In this document: in pieces, positions 25,556 through 26,248 of the stretch
Position numbering within the stretch: position 1 is the stretch's first letter
How the letters are laid out: every line of letters starts with the position of its first letter
IMG/VR virus record: IMGVR_UViG_3300017781_000107
Span: 1-26,248 of that record
DNA: 26,248 bases
Origin: a virus
Taxonomy: Duplodnaviria; Caudoviricetes
Direction: 5' to 3' (one strand)
Position numbers and translations under genes: made by a program
The notes under the pieces: model-generated
Database searches by the model: none
What the model was told of the DNA's origin: nothing
The model's input: only the letters and a program-made list of their open reading frames with translations

Positions 25556-25564
25556 TATACATAT
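25556..25564 (-). promoter_or_regulatory. Variant late-promoter motif ATATGTATA
   Basis: tatacatat on the + strand (1 mismatch to tataaatat), 12 nt upstream of the nuclease ATG. Confidence 0.5.
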
Positions 25565-25567
25565 GGA

Positions 25568-25762
25568 CTATTCGTATTCCTGATCCCTAAGTTTTTGAAT
25601 ATACTGAGCTTTTTGTTTTTGTTTACGTTTAGTTATTGAGGGTTTGGTGAATTCTTTTCTATCTCTAACTTGTTTTAATACACCTGTATCTCTAAACTTA
25701 CGTTTTAAACGTTTTAAAGCACTTTCAATTTTTTCTCCTTTTTTTAATTTAATTTTAAGCAT
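25568..25762 (-). CDS. rpsU: Phage-encoded 30S ribosomal protein bS21 (Bacteroidota/Flavobacteriia-type)
   Basis: 64 aa and highly basic: GEKIESALKRLKRK...G...VRDRKEFTKPSITKR, with C-terminal KAQYIQ (Tyr54). Confidence 0.95.
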   Translation of the reverse strand: MLKIKLKKGEKIESALKRLKRKFRDTGVLKQVRDRKEFTKPSITKRKQKQKAQYIQKLRDQEYE

Positions 25763-25949
25763 TTAATTTTTTTAAGTCCAACTCTATTTTCTCTTTTAAC
25801 GATTCTAATTTACGGTATTCCTCAACAACATTTTCTTGTTTCGGGTTTGCTGGGTGGAACCTATAATAATCCTCCATTATTGTAGCCACGGCCATTAAAT
25901 CATTAATTAATTCTGCTTTTTGTTGTTCTAATTCTTCTTGTTTTGACAT
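25755..25949 (-). CDS. Hypothetical small protein
   Basis: 64 aa, helix-YYRFHPANP-helix; overlaps the rpsU start by 8 nt. Confidence 0.7.
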   Translation of the reverse strand: MSKQEELEQQKAELINDLMAVATIMEDYYRFHPANPKQENVVEEYRKLESLKEKIELDLKKLNA

Positions 25950-25950
25950 A

Positions 25951-26247
25951 TTATTTAAATTTATTACCTATTAATTCTATTGTTTTCTTTATTTCATTTA
26001 AATCGAGTTGAAAAAACTCTCTTTGGTTATTAACGCGATACTTTTTTAACGCATGGTGTACTTCACCCTCTAATATTTCGCCGTTAAAACAACGGAAAGC
26101 CCATGCTACTGTGTATGGAAGTGGTACACCCGTTGCACTAGATACTTGTTTAGCTCTTTCATCTGGTGTTAATTTAGTATATCCTACTTTATATAAACCT
26201 GGTGTAGTTTCATTTTCTAAAACATAAACCCATTGATCACCTTCACC
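25951..26247 (-). CDS. T5orf172/Mug113 (GIY-YIG-like) domain protein, N-terminus outside the window
   Basis: Not in the ORF track. Translates as ...GDQWVYVLENETTPGLYKVGYTKLTPDERAKQVSSATGVPLPY...LEGEVHHALKKYRVNNQREFFQ...KFK*, showing the VY..., YKvGyT, ER and E..H...EfF motifs of T5orf172. Confidence 0.85.
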   Translation of the reverse strand, partial: GEGDQWVYVLENETTPGLYKVGYTKLTPDERAKQVSSATGVPLPYTVAWAFRCFNGEILEGEVHHALKKYRVNNQREFFQLDLNEIKKTIELIGNKFK

Positions 26248-26248
26248 C

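Noticed and set aside
25568-25762. rpsU as evidence of a bacterial chromosome or chimeric contig
   Set aside because: It overlaps a phage-like ORF, has phage-like neighbours on both sides, and shows no compositional break.
25951-26247. Intron-encoded homing endonuclease or mobile intron
   Set aside because: It has a T5orf172-type domain and is directly coupled to the next gene. No interrupted gene or intron structure is visible, although the 5' part lies outside the window.
1-26248. Alternative genetic code (stop-codon recoding)
   Set aside because: Standard code 11 gives near-complete coding density with very long ORFs. TAG ends bS21 at its expected length and TGA ends the SNase-like gene.

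Overview
This is an AT-rich, gene-dense segment of a large tailed dsDNA phage with a contractile-tail (myovirus-type) baseplate, most likely infecting Bacteroidota (Flavobacteriia). Every credible gene is on the minus strand. In transcription order (right to left) the window starts with a small-gene cassette: a T5orf172/GIY-YIG-like protein (partial), a hypothetical protein, ribosomal protein bS21 (rpsU), an SNase-like nuclease, a UvrB/C-motif protein, a possible 19-aa micropeptide, a YhaM-like HD protein, a small membrane protein and a gp55-like sigma factor. A ~22.9 kb baseplate/tail module follows: a gp5/gpV-like spike, a membrane-helix protein, gp25/W, gp6/J, a DNRLRE-like protein, a 2168-aa gpI/gp7-like wedge protein, a 1535-aa structural protein, three tail-collar-like proteins and a collagen fibre (partial). 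A conserved sense-strand motif ATATTTATA sits 10-20 nt upstream of five genes, with one tandem copy and one variant, and is the candidate late promoter. The most notable observations are: (1) a Flavobacterium-type bS21 that keeps Tyr54 but has no Shine-Dalgarno site; (2) a late promoter whose core is the reverse complement of the T4 late promoter, next to a gp55-like sigma factor; (3) a ~65-75 aa beta module, YGxxx pentapeptide repeats and [ST]GS motifs dispersed through several unrelated virion proteins. No tRNA, rRNA, CRISPR array or mobile element was seen. All family assignments come from motif recognition by eye, not database searches.
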